In this document: one piece after another, positions 28,896 to 37,496 of the stretch
Position numbering within the stretch: position 1 is the first letter of the stretch
How the letters are laid out: each line of letters begins with the position of its first letter
Assembly (NCBI GenBank): GCA_964410735.1
Contig: CAYPIF010000104.1
Span: 2,893 to 66,892 of the forward strand
Reading direction: 5' to 3'
From: an uncultured Thermoplasmatales archaeon
GTDB taxonomy: Archaea > Thermoplasmatota > E2 > DHVEG-1
DNA length: 64,000 nt
Notes under the pieces: model-generated
Databases searched by the model: none
What the model was told of the DNA's origin: nothing
The model's input: only the letters and a program-made list of their open reading frames with translations
Translations under genes and position numbers: made by a program

Positions 28896-29951
28896 ATGAA
28901 GAACAATAGTGGTATAGGTGCCATTTTCTTTGCAATAATAATTTCAATGATGTTCATATTTTTACCATTGTCTGGTTGTATCGACCCTGTTGATGACCCT
29001 GTGCTCCCCGAGAGAGGGTTCTTTATGGGGCTTTTGCCTTCAACTGCAGAAGGCCAAGAGTTATCTGATGCATACGCACAATCAGCAGAATATGGCGAAT
29101 GTGTGCCCATCTGGTCCTCTGGGACTGGTGCCGCAGGTTTCTGGGAGTATGCTGATAAGCTCTCCGGATGGTGGGGAAAAACGTTCCTCGATGGGTATAT
29201 CCGTGGAAATGGTATGTTTCCGATCATCCATTTTTCGTTCATCGATATGAAGGATGGCAGTCTTGTTCTCAAGACCCCAGATACATTGCCCGATGCTACC
29301 CTAAGCACACCTGAATGGAGGACGCTTTACAAAGCATCTGTCCTTGATGTTGTTAACACAGTTCATCCTAAGTATCTCTCCTTGGGCAATGAAGTGAACA
29401 GGTGGTTTGAAGAATATGGTAATGAAGAAGGAAACCCAAACGGATTTCAACATTTTATCAGTCTCTACGAGGAGATCTACGATGCAGTGAAGATAGCGGC
29501 ACCGGATATCACTATCTTTTGTGTCTTTTCCCGGGAGATCGTTAGTGAGAACCGGGAGGCGGACATGTCCGTTATTTCCCTTTTTGATCAGTCTAAACTT
29601 GATATGCTTGTTCTTACAACGTACCCCTATGCACTTCCAAAGATAAGCCTGCCCTCAGATATACCTCTTGATTATTACTCATCTGTTTCGGATCTGATTC
29701 CTGGAAAATTATTTGGTTTTAGTGAGATAGGCTGGTCAACCCTTGAGTTCTTTGGAGGAGAACAGGGCCAATATGATTTCCTTATCGATCTTTCAACGGT
29801 TCTTACCCGTGATCAAGGGATCAATCTCCATCTTTTCATGTATATTTGGCTTCATGACCTTGATGGTGGTGATACGGTGGGGCTTATACATAGAGATGGA
29901 ACAGAGAAACTAGGGTATTCTGCTTGGAAAGAGATATCTAACGGTCTATAA
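28896..29951 (+). CDS. putative lipoprotein, clan GH-A-like TIM-barrel glycoside hydrolase (tentative)
   Basis: Signal peptide followed by LPLSGC. LGNEVN and FSEIGWS resemble the acid/base and nucleophile Glu motifs. Confidence 0.45.
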   Translation: MKNNSGIGAIFFAIIISMMFIFLPLSGCIDPVDDPVLPERGFFMGLLPSTAEGQELSDAYAQSAEYGECVPIWSSGTGAAGFWEYADKLSGWWGKTFLDGYIRGNGMFPIIHFSFIDMKDGSLVLKTPDTLPDATLSTPEWRTLYKASVLDVVNTVHPKYLSLGNEVNRWFEEYGNEEGNPNGFQHFISLYEEIYDAVKIAAPDITIFCVFSREIVSENREADMSVISLFDQSKLDMLVLTTYPYALPKISLPSDIPLDYYSSVSDLIPGKLFGFSEIGWSTLEFFGGEQGQYDFLIDLSTVLTRDQGINLHLFMYIWLHDLDGGDTVGLIHRDGTEKLGYSAWKEISNGL

Positions 29952-29981
29952 TCCTGCAGAGGCAAATCTCTTAGCTTTTTT

Positions 29982-30089
29982 CTAAAAAGTTGGTGGTATA
30001 TCATCATTATGTATTATTGAGAACTTACAATCATCACAGATCCCATCAGGGTTATCTGTCTCATTGATACCACATATCTTACAGATCAT
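29982..30089 (-). CDS. micro-ORF: 35-aa CxxC...CxxC peptide coupled to the PIN gene
   Basis: Hand translation gives MICKICGINETDNPDGICDDCKFSIIHNDDIPPTF. Its ATG overlaps the PIN gene stop (ATGA at 30086-30089). Confidence 0.35.
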   Translation of the reverse strand: MICKICGINETDNPDGICDDCKFSIIHNDDIPPTF

Positions 30090-30670
30090 TTTTTACCCCC
30101 TGGAAATGGTTGCTGCCTTTTGAGTTTTTGAACTTCATACTTTTTTAAAAATGTATTTGCATCCCCTAACCAGAATTTGCGAGAGGATCTTTTTTCAACC
30201 ATCCCTTGAGCTGCAACTCGTTCGAAATCCCGGTCATAAGTGATTATTCCTTTTATTTCAGGATGTTGAACTGCTGCTTGGATCATGGAAATATCTGCCT
30301 CTGATGGTTGTTTCAGGTAATTGGTACGAAGAGTTAGAAGGTGCGCGAGTAATGGACCTGCTTGGTACACGATCAATGATTCCGGTAACTCCTTTTTACC
30401 AATGCCTGTGACCTCATCAAGGACCCTTTTGGTTACACCAATCCTAATGTCCCCTGGTTTCAATCGTAGAATCTCTTTACACGCACGGCCTCTTTCATCA
30501 GATGAACCCAAGGCGTAGATAATGACATTTGCATCGATAAGGTATACATCATAATTATACATCTTCCGAAAGAATGATCGGTAGTTGAGGGTCTGTCCGC
30601 AGCTACAGGTTAGTGTTTCCCCTCGGCGAATACGCACCCGTCTTTTACATGATGGACATGTGACCTTCAT
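30086..30670 (-). CDS. zinc-ribbon + PIN-domain nuclease
   Basis: CPSCKRRVRIRRGETLTCSC ribbon. PIN-like acidic motifs VYLIDANVIIYAL and ITYDRDFERV. Confidence 0.75.
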   Translation of the reverse strand: MKVTCPSCKRRVRIRRGETLTCSCGQTLNYRSFFRKMYNYDVYLIDANVIIYALGSSDERGRACKEILRLKPGDIRIGVTKRVLDEVTGIGKKELPESLIVYQAGPLLAHLLTLRTNYLKQPSEADISMIQAAVQHPEIKGIITYDRDFERVAAQGMVEKRSSRKFWLGDANTFLKKYEVQKLKRQQPFPGGKK

Positions 30671-31099
30671 GGGCTAAGTTAGATCCTCCATGTGACCTAT
30701 ATAAAAATGAACATTACATATTTTTCCTTTTCTTTCAAAATCGTTTTGACATATTTTTTATAATTACCTGTCTTCGTGATTAGGATGACCACTCAGCTCG
30801 CCTATTTGTCTTCATTTTTCGTTATATAACGCAGCAGTCAGAAAGACATTTTCATCATTGTGGTCATGTTCTATCATGACTCGGGTTCTTTAAATCTTTT
30901 GGGAAAAAATCCTGTTAAACAATCTCAAAGTATTTATTGTTATGATGGTTTGGTTCTGCTGCATCTATTTTAGAGAGAAACAGTGAAAATGCATGATCTG
31001 GTTTCGACGACATAGAGGTACATTGTGGCCTCCTGCGAAGGGAGACTTGTTCTTATCTAACTTATTCTGCTATGATGTTGGATTGGAGAAAAAAAATGA

Positions 31100-32197
31100 T
31101 CATATGAATCTCATGTGTTCGATAATCTGTGTTTGAGTGTGTAGTTCATCGGTAATTCCATGATGGGATATTGTACCATTTACTGTGACAAAATACCTGT
31201 AGTAATGTAATGTGAGTATATCTGAGGGGCTTCGGTGAATTGATTGTGATTTCATTGTGACATTAATTTCTGTAAACCCCTGTTTAGTCTGGATGGTGGA
31301 CTTTTGTGGTATGAATCTTCTACCAATGAACTTGTAATCGCTTGAGGTAAAGGCGATGTTTTCTGGCGAAATCTGAACAAACCCCGTCTCATTCGCACTC
31401 AATACCCCCAGTTTTTCAACAAATGTTGGTTCACTTAATCCTGTTTCAATAATATTTGCCCAAATGAAACAAAAGTGGTTTGTTGTGATTTTACCCTAGT
31501 ACCATCCCCACGATCTCATTGGTGTCGAAAGGCTGAAGTTCCAGTTATGGTCATGATATCCTCGACCGTTCACTTCAATAGTTTCAGCATTATAATATAG
31601 TTATCCTTGCATTCTTGCTTTTGGTAGTGCAACGGTCCATCCTTCATGACTCGTGATATATTTCCATCCTACAGTTGTGCCTGTAAATACCAGATCTACT
31701 CCCACATCATCTATCAAATGGTTTATTGAATATGTCATTTGATGGTTTTGTTGCCAGTCTGTAACATTGAGCTTCATTACACTGGCATCTTTTATTTGTA
31801 AGCTAGGTATCTCTTGTGAGGTTTCAAAGTTATTTGGTAGAATCATTTCAGATGCATCTGCTATGATTTCATTGTCTTTATACAGAGTGATTGATGTTGT
31901 GAGATAAGTTATCTCTTGGACGGGGATTATTCTGAATCCTATGTGTGCACCGTATCCATTGATAAATATGCTATCGAAATACCACTATTCCATTGATGGA
32001 TGTATCGTTGGTCCATGATAAGCATCATCTCTCAGGGGTATATTATCAATTGAATCTATTCCGTATTCTATTGATGCGGCGAAATTATTTTCTGTAATGT
32101 CCTTTGTCATTCTTTGAAATGTATCGTTAGAAAAGGGTAATGTGACAACCATAAGGAAAATAAAAAGAACGAATAAGGTAGTATAAGTGTTCTACAT
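31100..32197 (-). pseudogene. AttH/CrtC (hydroxyneurosporene synthase)-like lipocalin-fold secreted protein with four in-frame stops
   Basis: One 366-codon frame with no frameshift. In-frame stops: TAG 32192-32194 (codon 2), TAG 31985-31987, TAA 31601-31603 and TAG 31496-31498; all offsets from the ATG at 32197 are multiples of 3. Motifs are HPSME*WYFDS (family consensus EWWY) and GRGYHDHNWNFS...WGWY*GKI. The signal-like h-region is TLFVLFIFLMVVTLPFS. Confidence 0.65.
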
Positions 32198-32842
32198 GAA
32201 AAATCATCTTATTAAATGTGATTTTTAATATATAAAAGATGCGGCAAACTGGTCTATTAACTCTTTTTCAACGTTTCAATAACATATTTTTGTAAAATAA
32301 TGATCTTCCTAATGATTGATTACCCGTCCACGTATGTTCTTGTATCTTTTGCCACATGCTGGACATATGGTAAATTTGAGAGGAAACTTTTTCTTGCATT
32401 TATTGCATTGTTGAATGATTTTTATTTCCATGATATTCCTTTTTTATATCTGTATAAGTTTTCCACCACAGTTTGGGCATTCTTTTTTGTCTGTACGGCA
32501 TATTTTTAAACATTTCATACATTCGAATAACATAATTAATCACTTATATTAGCATGTTATATTATAGCACTCTTCTTTTATTAATGTTTCGTGTAAAAGT
32601 AACATGAAACTAAATGCAATACAAAAAAAATGAAAACAAAAGATATGTCGTAAGTTATGATCTATGCTATTATACGATTATACTATCAAGAATAAAGCCT
32701 AGTAAAATAACAATTCTTAATAATGGTATACGTGTTGCTCACTGCGATACACACTAACACATATTCGTTGATAAACGAAAATATTAACGACATATTTAAA
32801 TAAATAATCTGGCAATTAAGAAAGTTCTAAGGAGACCACCCT

Positions 32843-34204
32843 ATGATTGAATATAATAACTATATGGAGAATCTCGATAAAAAAATCAAAAATTACATGC
32901 CACCTCAAAACACACCATTGTATGATGCGCTTGTTAAACCAAAAGACCTCTTTCGAATCCCTCTTGATGAAGCAGAAAAACTCCAATTTAGCTCTATAAA
33001 ACACGCCTTTATCCATCATTATAATAACAACCCGTTCTATCATAATTTCTGTCAGGAACATAAGATCACTCCAGATGATCTAAAAACAAATGATGATCTC
33101 GCAAAGATACCTCTTATCCCAGATAAATTCTTCAAGGATTATCCATCAGGAAAGGATTTTGCCACTTGGCTTGCCAATATCTATACAGGCGAACTGCCAA
33201 ACATTACTATTAAACAAAAAAAACCGCATTATGATGATGTCATCAAATCGTTCAATGATGCAGGTGTCATTGTCACATACAGCAGTGGTACCGGTGGCCG
33301 ACACACCTTCATCCCTCGCAATAAACAAACATTCCTTAACTCAGAATATGCCCTTGCGAAATCCTTAGTTGGGATGATCCATCCTTTATGGCAGCATGAC
33401 TCCTATGGGTATCTTATGATGCCAAACCCAAAAAAGAATTTTATCTATGCTGGAAAAGCTTTGGAGATATATTTTGACGCGGTAAAAGATGTGAGCGTTG
33501 CAATTGACCGCGAGGTCAACACTCAGCTCATCGAGATGACTATGGGTGGTAAAGGCGGTCTGAAAAGTAAGGTCGTGAGATATTTTTCTTATAAACAATA
33601 TGGTAAGATGGTAGATGATATGATCGCCTGGCTTGAGAAACATGATAAAGCGAAGGATGTCATCACCCTTGTCGGCGCACCATATATCCTCTATGCTGTT
33701 ATGGAAAAACTGAAAAAAGAAGGAAGAAGTTTTGATTTCGGTGAACGTGGTGGAGTAGCCACTGGAGGCGGGTGGAAGGTCCATGAACATAAACGTATGC
33801 CTGTTGACGAATTCAGAAAAGAAGTAAAGGATGTTTTGGGCATACCCGAAAAGTTCGTTCTTGATGTATATGGGATGGTTGAGGGAAACGGTTGGATGGT
33901 ACATTGCCCAGAGGGCCATTATCTCCATGCCCCTTACTCCTATTATAAACCACTTGTTTTAAATGAGGAGTTCAAACCTGTTGAGTATGGTGAATCGGGC
34001 CGGTTCGCATTTTTAGATGGCGCATCAACAAGTTATCCAGGTTTTATTGTCACAGGTGATCAAGTTAAACTTTTGGAACGTTGCCCGGTCTGTGATCGAC
34101 CTGGACCCGTTCTGGAACCAGAGATCAAACGAGCTAAAGGTGAAGATGTACGAGGTTGCGCAGAAGAAGTGCGACGTATGCTTTCTTCAGACCTTGGAAA
34201 ATAA
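32843..34204 (+). CDS. adenylate-forming enzyme, PaaK/LuxE/GH3-like (ANL superfamily)
   Basis: VTYSSGTGGRHTFIP resembles the SSGTTG adenylation motif. 453 aa, with a C-terminal CPVC. Confidence 0.5.
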   Translation: MIEYNNYMENLDKKIKNYMPPQNTPLYDALVKPKDLFRIPLDEAEKLQFSSIKHAFIHHYNNNPFYHNFCQEHKITPDDLKTNDDLAKIPLIPDKFFKDYPSGKDFATWLANIYTGELPNITIKQKKPHYDDVIKSFNDAGVIVTYSSGTGGRHTFIPRNKQTFLNSEYALAKSLVGMIHPLWQHDSYGYLMMPNPKKNFIYAGKALEIYFDAVKDVSVAIDREVNTQLIEMTMGGKGGLKSKVVRYFSYKQYGKMVDDMIAWLEKHDKAKDVITLVGAPYILYAVMEKLKKEGRSFDFGERGGVATGGGWKVHEHKRMPVDEFRKEVKDVLGIPEKFVLDVYGMVEGNGWMVHCPEGHYLHAPYSYYKPLVLNEEFKPVEYGESGRFAFLDGASTSYPGFIVTGDQVKLLERCPVCDRPGPVLEPEIKRAKGEDVRGCAEEVRRMLSSDLGK

Positions 34205-34358
34205 AGATATTAAAAAAGATATATTTTTATGTATCTTTTAATATATGGATAGATGCAAAAGATAGGTAAAAAGAACAATGAATCAAACAATAGAATCAAC
34301 CGTGTATAGCAGCATCTTGATATTATCCAAATCAATATTTTGATTGGTGAACACATCA

Positions 34359-35330
34359 ATGTCTACATTACGAGAAATAAGGGACAGAGGATATCTTCCC
34401 CCAAGAACAATGAGAAAACTTCTTTTCGTTGGTTTCCTAACAATGGGGAAGATTGTCATCACAAATCTTAGTGACATAAAAAAACTAAGCAAGATCAAGC
34501 CAGCAGAGACAGCATATAAACGACCAAAAAGACGATTCGACCTACAACCTTTTAAGGATGATATGAAGGTTTGCCACTCAGATGAAAAATACCTGCGTCC
34601 AACCTTATACTGTGACCATACAAGACCAGAGATCATTGCACTAGCCCATGAACTCGGCGCCTATAAACTGCCAGATAGAGAGTATGCAATTGCAGCCTTT
34701 GAATTCGCCAAAAGAAAATTAACCCTAGAAATGGTACCATTGGATGGTGTTGAGAAGACCCTAGAACGCGGTACAGGAACCTGTATTCACAAGATCTCTG
34801 TGTTCATCGCCCTCTGCAGGGCCGCGGGTTTAAAAGCACGGTACAAACTGTATTCTTTAACCATGATAGATGCCTGGTCCGATGCATTAATGGTCGACCC
34901 AATGATAAAAAAATACTCAGATGCAATGGGTTATTTCCTCATTCATGGAGAAGGAGAAGTATTCATTGACGGAAAATGGGAGGTCTGCGATGTCGGACCA
35001 ACACCCGAACGCCAAGCCGCAAGCAGTATCCCAATCACTAGATTTGGCGAGGACTCCATCGGCATCTGGTTCTCAGCAGTACCAGGAACCATTATGAGAC
35101 TTGAATCAATTCCATATGGCCTCAATCTCATGATGAGGATCGTTAAAAAAATGGCACCCATCACTGTAGATAAAGTGAATGCAAGTGTTCTTTCACAAAT
35201 TAACCATGGTAGAGAGATCCTTCAGCAAAAGGGAGAAGACGAATATGATGCTGAGATCCGGAGGACATACAAACCAAAGTTCCCCGAACCAGTTTTAAAG
35301 ACAAGAAAAGAGATAATATTCAAACGGTGA
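34359..35330 (+). CDS. transglutaminase-like cysteine peptidase superfamily protein
   Basis: Cys-His-Asp core GTGTCIHKISVFIALCRAAGLKARY ... LIHGEGEVFIDGKWEVCD. ATG at 34359 chosen over the TTG at 34344. Confidence 0.7.
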   Translation: MSTLREIRDRGYLPPRTMRKLLFVGFLTMGKIVITNLSDIKKLSKIKPAETAYKRPKRRFDLQPFKDDMKVCHSDEKYLRPTLYCDHTRPEIIALAHELGAYKLPDREYAIAAFEFAKRKLTLEMVPLDGVEKTLERGTGTCIHKISVFIALCRAAGLKARYKLYSLTMIDAWSDALMVDPMIKKYSDAMGYFLIHGEGEVFIDGKWEVCDVGPTPERQAASSIPITRFGEDSIGIWFSAVPGTIMRLESIPYGLNLMMRIVKKMAPITVDKVNASVLSQINHGREILQQKGEDEYDAEIRRTYKPKFPEPVLKTRKEIIFKR

Positions 35331-36784
35331 AAAAAAGAATGCCAACAGATATGAATATTTCATTTCCAGAGCCACCAGATGTGATAAAGCAGAAACCCTC
35401 GATAAAAAAATATCTTCGATATCTTTTGTTCTTTGGCCCCGGTGCTATCGTCGCATCGGTCACGATAGGCCAAGGGCAACTCATCCTGGGGCCTCAGATG
35501 GGAGCATGGGCAGGTTTCACTTTGCTCTGGTTAATAACAGTCAGCATTGGATCATTTATCATTGCCTATTACAGTTGTAGATTTACCATGATATCCGGCA
35601 TCGGGCTGATGGACCTTTTCGCCATAAAAACCAAGTTCAGCTGGTTGAACTGGATATTTATTTTCATTATGATCATATTCATACCCATCTTCACCGGAAC
35701 AATCATCACCTCACTTGGCCAAGCCCTTGCATGGATATTCGGAATCGGGCATTATCTGATATGGGGCATCTCGTTCTGTGTGTTCGCGGGGCTCCTCGTT
35801 GTCCTTGGCAGATACCGTGTCCTTGAGTATACACAGGCGTTCTTTGTCGCGGTTCTTGCCATCGGCGCAATAATCTCCGTTCTATCATTGAACCCAAATT
35901 GGCTTGATATTCTCCCTCATTATTTCCTCATTAGTGCACCTGCGCAATTTCCTGATTGGGTCGTTACTAATTACCCATCAGTTACCAACACATCAATCCC
36001 ATTATACATGCTAGGATATCTAGGAACATTGACCATCACCATCATCACAATTGTTGGATATCTTGGATGGATCAAGGTGAAGAAATGGGGCATATTCGAA
36101 CATCAACATGATCCCCTTGCTTTTTCACAACAATGCTTCAATTCATTTCAAAAGGAGGGAAAGATAACATATTTACCAACAAGTGCTGAGGAACAAAAAA
36201 AAGCGCGTCAATTGCTCATACCAATGAAGGTAGATCTCTCAATCGCATTCATCGTTATAGCAATCGTATCATCAGCATATATGATAGCCGGTACGTTACT
36301 ACTTGGACCAAACAAATTACTGCCTCAGGATGCAAAGCTTATCCAGGATCAGGTCATTATCTTTCAACATATGGCCAACTGGTTAAAACCCTTGTTCCAG
36401 ATAGGTGTGTTCTTTGCGTTATTCGGAACGGTCTATGCAGGGTTTGAAGCTGCATCAAGAATGCTCTTTGAAACAGGGAGAAATCTTATAAAACCGATTC
36501 GAACAATACCCTACAAGAAATTCACATTGGCCATCTTTATCTATCTATTGGCAACAGGTGTTCCCCTCTCCATCATAATGTCCATGGGTGTTTCCGTCCT
36601 GTTAATGCTAAGTCTCACCCTTATGTTCACTGGTGTTATTGGTGTCATCGCCTATGGGGCAGGTTCTTTGATATTGACACAGAAGGTTCTTCCAGATACA
36701 TATAAACTTGGCCCCGCGGGTATTTTGCTTGCCATCTTTGGCCTTGCCTGTCTTGCCATACCACTTGTCTTTTTTTTCATCTAG
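35327..36784 (+). CDS. polytopic transporter, distantly NRAMP-like
   Basis: About 11-12 hydrophobic helices. FGPGAIVASVTIGQGQLILGPQMGAWAGFTLLW resembles the NRAMP TM1 region, but the canonical DPGN is not conserved. GTGA overlap with the upstream gene. Confidence 0.5.
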   Translation: MKKRMPTDMNISFPEPPDVIKQKPSIKKYLRYLLFFGPGAIVASVTIGQGQLILGPQMGAWAGFTLLWLITVSIGSFIIAYYSCRFTMISGIGLMDLFAIKTKFSWLNWIFIFIMIIFIPIFTGTIITSLGQALAWIFGIGHYLIWGISFCVFAGLLVVLGRYRVLEYTQAFFVAVLAIGAIISVLSLNPNWLDILPHYFLISAPAQFPDWVVTNYPSVTNTSIPLYMLGYLGTLTITIITIVGYLGWIKVKKWGIFEHQHDPLAFSQQCFNSFQKEGKITYLPTSAEEQKKARQLLIPMKVDLSIAFIVIAIVSSAYMIAGTLLLGPNKLLPQDAKLIQDQVIIFQHMANWLKPLFQIGVFFALFGTVYAGFEAASRMLFETGRNLIKPIRTIPYKKFTLAIFIYLLATGVPLSIIMSMGVSVLLMLSLTLMFTGVIGVIAYGAGSLILTQKVLPDTYKLGPAGILLAIFGLACLAIPLVFFFI

Positions 36785-36814
36785 AGTTAAAAACTGAAGG
36801 AAAACCGAATGGTA

Positions 36815-37333
36815 TCACATTTTTTCCTTTTTTATCAATGGTTCCAGGACCTCAACGGTCCATTTGGCAACGTTTCCCGAGACCGAGAGGCATTTATCAT
36901 CATGAGCACCAGCGTTCTCAAACAATTCATACTCCTCAGCATCAGAGAGGCGATAGCTCCGGCCGAATAAAAAGGATTGTACACTCATACACAGTACGCT
37001 TTGGTATTCCTGATGGAACCTGTCATAGAGCTTTTTAGCATATGGGAACACACGTCGTTTCCATTCTCCATCAGACAACTCCTGATATGCCCATCCAATG
37101 ACAGCACCTATCACAAGGATTCCCCCTGAGAGAGCCCCGCAGGTTCCTTCGCTTGATAACGCAACTCCCCCAGCCAAACCATCAACAGCTTGTATCGTTT
37201 TAGGATCACCAACTACAAGGACTTCGTATATTGCCGAGAGAACTGCTTGAGGACAACTTCCCCTCCCTGCTTCATAGTTATATGCTAGATCATAGGCTTG
37301 TTGCCCAAGGGATCTTTGTTCTGATATCATCAA
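36815..37333 (-). CDS. C_GCAxxG_C_C family protein
   Basis: Cys pattern GSCPQAV ... GTCGALSGG ... LCMSV ... DKCLSV. Confidence 0.75.
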   Translation of the reverse strand: MMISEQRSLGQQAYDLAYNYEAGRGSCPQAVLSAIYEVLVVGDPKTIQAVDGLAGGVALSSEGTCGALSGGILVIGAVIGWAYQELSDGEWKRRVFPYAKKLYDRFHQEYQSVLCMSVQSFLFGRSYRLSDAEEYELFENAGAHDDKCLSVSGNVAKWTVEVLEPLIKKEKM

Positions 37334-37496
37334 TCATGCGATGGAAATCGTAAATTATGTACTATGCATTGATAAACGTATTTGTTTTTATAGATGCATC
37401 TAAATCATAAACATCAAAGAAAAGAAGGTGAAACGACACACTATTTTTATTAGTTCAAACAAAATATTTATAATATTATAATTACTTTTACATACT

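Noticed and set aside
30700-31099. Short minus-strand ORF MIEHDHNDENVFLTAALYNEK*RQIGELSGHPNHEDR with an in-frame TGA, considered as another interrupted gene
   Set aside because: It spans fewer than 40 codons, has no recognisable family, and is easily produced by chance.
6795-32194. Stop-codon reassignment (TGA as Gly/Trp, TAG as Pyl, TAA as Gln/Glu) or selenocysteine as the explanation for the in-frame stops
   Set aside because: TAA, TAG and TGA each terminate well-conserved genes immediately before the next start (TGA for rrp42 and rpl37ae; TAG for SBDS, rrp4 and rpoP; TAA for psmA, rrp41 and glpK). The residues replaced differ (Trp, Gln/Glu, Gly). All three stop types occur in-frame, sometimes within one gene. 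No Sec or Pyl machinery and no SECIS-like context is visible in the window.
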